Part shown: in pieces, positions 61,703-64,000 of the stretch
Layout: the number at the start of each line of letters is the position of its first letter
How positions within the stretch are numbered: the first letter of the stretch is position 1
Source of the DNA: Alphaproteobacteria bacterium
GTDB taxonomy: Bacteria; Pseudomonadota; Alphaproteobacteria; Bin95
Direction of reading: 5' to 3'
Assembly (NCBI GenBank): GCA_964291285.2
Contig: OZ219786.1
Span: forward strand, 320,001-384,000
DNA: 64,000 nt
The notes under the pieces: model-generated
What the model was told of the DNA's origin: nothing
Database searches by the model: none
What the model saw: only the letters and a program-made list of their open reading frames with translations
Made by a program: the position numbers and the translations under genes

Positions 61703-63075
61703 GCGGCGGCAGGCGTCGTGTCCGGCTCACCGTGAAGGCCGTCGCCGCCGCCAAGCCGGCGGAACGGGAATACACCCTGTGGGACAATCTGCTGGCGCAT
61801 TTCGGGGTGCGGATACAGCCCTCCGGCGTCCGGTCCTGGATCGTCCAGACCCGCGTCCGGGGACGCATGCGCAAGATCACCCTCGGGCGCTTCCCCGAAC
61901 TGCCTCTCGACGCAGCCCGCCGGGAAGGCGCGGCCGTGCTCGCCCGCCTGTGGGGCGGCGAGGACGTGACGCCGCCGCGCAAGGAGAAGGCGCCGCTGTT
62001 CCGGGACTTCGCCGCCCGTTACCGCTCGCGGCGGAAACACCGCTGGAAGCCGTCCTCGCTCGAGACCTTCGACATCTACCTGAAGAACCGCCTGATGCCG
62101 CATTTCGGCAGGCTCCGGCTCGACGCCATCGACCATGCGCGGGTCTCGGCGTGGTTCGACGCCGCCAGCGCGGACAGGCCCGGCGCCGCCAACCGCGCCT
62201 TCGAGATACTCCGCGCCATGCTCGGGACGGCCCGGCAGTGGGGCGACATCGGCGAGCATGTCCCCGATGCCTGCGCCAACATCGTGAAGAACCCCCGCAA
62301 GCCTGTCGCGCGCTACCTCAGCCGCGAAGAGCTGGAGCGTCTCGGAGCGGTGCTCGACCGCCACCGGGAGGAACACCCCTGGCCGGTGGCGGCCATCCGG
62401 CTGTTGACGCTCACCGGGGCGCGGCTCTCCGAAGTCATCAACCTCAGGTGGGACGAGATCGGAGAGCTGGCCGGAGACGGCGCGAGCGCGCGCATCGAAG
62501 ACTCCAAGACCGGGCCGCGCACCATCTGGCTCGGACCCGAAGCGGCAAGGCTGGTCGAGGCGCTGCCGCGACCGGATGGCCGGGAGCGGGTGTTCCCCGA
62601 GACCCTCACATCGGCAAGGCTCTACACCTTCTGGTGCGGTATCCGCGACGAGGCGGGGCTTCCGGGCCTTCGCATCCACGACTGCCGCCACACCTGGGCC
62701 TCCCAGGGCGTCATGAACGGCGTCGGGCTCACCACGGTCGGACGGCTGCTCGGACACCGCAAGCGGGAGACCACCGCGATCTACGCCCATCTCGACGATG
62801 GCGCGCTACGCGACGCCGCCGCGCAGGCCGCCGCCGTCATCGCGCGAGCGATGGGGTACAGGGCGGAGGCGCCTCCGCTGCCGGACGAGGCGAAGCACGG
62901 CGATGTGTCGGCTGCCGTGCCCGACTTCTCAATCACTGACGGGCCGCCTCATCCGCCCGAAGAGGGGCAAACTCCCCTTTGCGTGAGACCCGAGGGGACC
63001 GAGCGGATAGATGGCATCGAGTTGGATAGTGACCCGGATGCGCCGACCGGACACCCGGCCCTGGACTGGTTGTAG
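61699..63075 (+). CDS. Tyrosine integrase (Int3)
   Basis: WD..LAHFGVRI, LTGAR.SE, DSKTG, IHDCRH, LLGH, TAIY; ATGA overlap with Int2. Confidence 0.92.
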   Translation: MSGGRRRVRLTVKAVAAAKPAEREYTLWDNLLAHFGVRIQPSGVRSWIVQTRVRGRMRKITLGRFPELPLDAARREGAAVLARLWGGEDVTPPRKEKAPLFRDFAARYRSRRKHRWKPSSLETFDIYLKNRLMPHFGRLRLDAIDHARVSAWFDAASADRPGAANRAFEILRAMLGTARQWGDIGEHVPDACANIVKNPRKPVARYLSREELERLGAVLDRHREEHPWPVAAIRLLTLTGARLSEVINLRWDEIGELAGDGASARIEDSKTGPRTIWLGPEAARLVEALPRPDGRERVFPETLTSARLYTFWCGIRDEAGLPGLRIHDCRHTWASQGVMNGVGLTTVGRLLGHRKRETTAIYAHLDDGALRDAAAQAAAVIARAMGYRAEAPPLPDEAKHGDVSAAVPDFSITDGPPHPPEEGQTPLCVRPEGTERIDGIELDSDPDAPTGHPALDWL

Positions 63076-63435
63076 ACCTGTCCCCGCGTTGGGGCGTGAA
63101 TCTCGTATGGCGATGATGGCGCTGGGCTGAGGGTCAGGGTTCATGCGGCGCGGCTGTGTTGGTTTCCGGTGCGTTTGTTTTCGTTGCCGTGAAAATTGTT
63201 GGGGATCGGGCGTACAAAAACCACTCCCCGCCAAAGCACTGCTCCCGAGGCGTACGATACTCGCCATCTGCGGCGCCCGTCTTGCGGACCGTGACCGGTA
63301 GGCAACCCCGTACAAGCCCGAAGTCCCGCCCGCGCGGCCGGCACCTGTTTTCATGATACGGGGTGGCCGACCCGCCCGGCAATGGAGGTTTTGGGCGTTC
63401 GGAGCTGCGCTGCGGCTCGTTGTCTGGTTTCTTTC

Positions 63436-63670
63436 GTGCCTATCCGCTTGTTTCATACACCCACTAGATATAGTAGGCTCCAGGTGAGCCGGGAGGGCGG
63501 TGCTTCATGGACATTTTCGATCATCCCGACCTGGAGTTTCCCCAGTCGTTGCCTGGGTTTCGGATCGCAGCGACGACGGAAGGCCCGACCTTCGCCGGAT
63601 GGTACTTCGGAAAATGGCAGCATCCCGTTACCCCACATCTAGTGGGTGTATGAAACAAGCGGATAGGCAC
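63436..63670. mobile_element. MITE (non-autonomous, 235 bp)
   Basis: Perfect 34-bp terminal IR GTGCCTATCCGCTTGTTTCATACACCCACTAGAT; 10-bp direct repeat GGTTTCTTTC at 63426-63435 and 63671-63680. Confidence 0.9.
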
Positions 63671-64000
63671 GGTTTCTTTCGCTGCCCCGGGCGGGTCCGG
63701 AGCGTTTGATGATCGGGCCGGGGGCAATTTTCGCGCCGATCCGGTGCTCATCGGGACTGCCCGGGCGCGCGTTTTCCTCCGGTGGGGTGCCGGTCGGGTT
63801 TTTCGGTGGGGCTCCTGGGCGCGGGGCTCAGGCGGTCGAGGGCGTTGGCGGCGGCATGGCGAGGCCCATGCGCCGGCGTGCCGCCATCGGATGCGCGCCG
63901 GCGTTGCCGAGCACGAGGGTGATCCGGCGGCCATGGTGGACGACCCGGGCGACGAGGTGGATCCACATCGCGCGCAGACGCTTCATCCGCGTCCATTGCC

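Larger units (their letters stand above)
53298..64000. mobile_element. Integrative element/genomic island (right end not identified)
   Basis: Three tyrosine integrases, ssb, DUF2493 gene, hypothetical genes; starts where IS5 copy 2 breaks off. Confidence 0.7.

Noticed and set aside
63209-63256. GGCGTAC twice, with an inverted copy at 53308-53314, as integrase arm sites
   Set aside because: A 7-mer is too short to support an island end without comparative data.
63681-64000. Short ORFs at the window end
   Set aside because: Low-complexity Arg/Pro/Ala translations with no motifs; cannot be supported.

Overview
High-GC alphaproteobacterial (Rhodospirillales-like; inference from gene order and protein sequences) chromosome segment. 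Bases 1-50,350 are mostly core genes: hisC-tyrC, a MetF-like gene divergent from a dimethylglycine-dehydrogenase-like gene, pfk, purEK, COQ9/rpsU, rsmA-pdxA-surA-lptGF (no lptD in its usual slot), pepA-holC-ndk, comF, short MetE, aatA-panE-dusA, dapA-smpB, grxC, trpS-nth, a TPP riboswitch with a ThiXYZ-type transporter, a VapC toxin pair, tRNA-Gly(GCC), a DD-carboxypeptidase, clpSA, a sulfatase with a 75-bp in-frame tandem duplication and a PQQ sugar dehydrogenase. This part also holds a complete IS1634 element and two copies of an unnamed dispersed cassette: promoter-like site, conserved ~200-nt GC-rich leader, variable ORF, then five helically phased CATGACA boxes. From ~50,500 on the window is accessory DNA: an IS630-like HTH gene, an ATPase gene cut by a tandem IS5 pair, and an integrative element with three tyrosine integrases, a five-repeat C4 zinc-finger protein, ssb and a DUF2493/SLOG gene. 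That element also has long ssDNA-type hairpins and a 235-bp MITE (34-bp perfect terminal inverted repeats, 10-bp target duplication). All calls come from motif recognition by eye; no database search was run.
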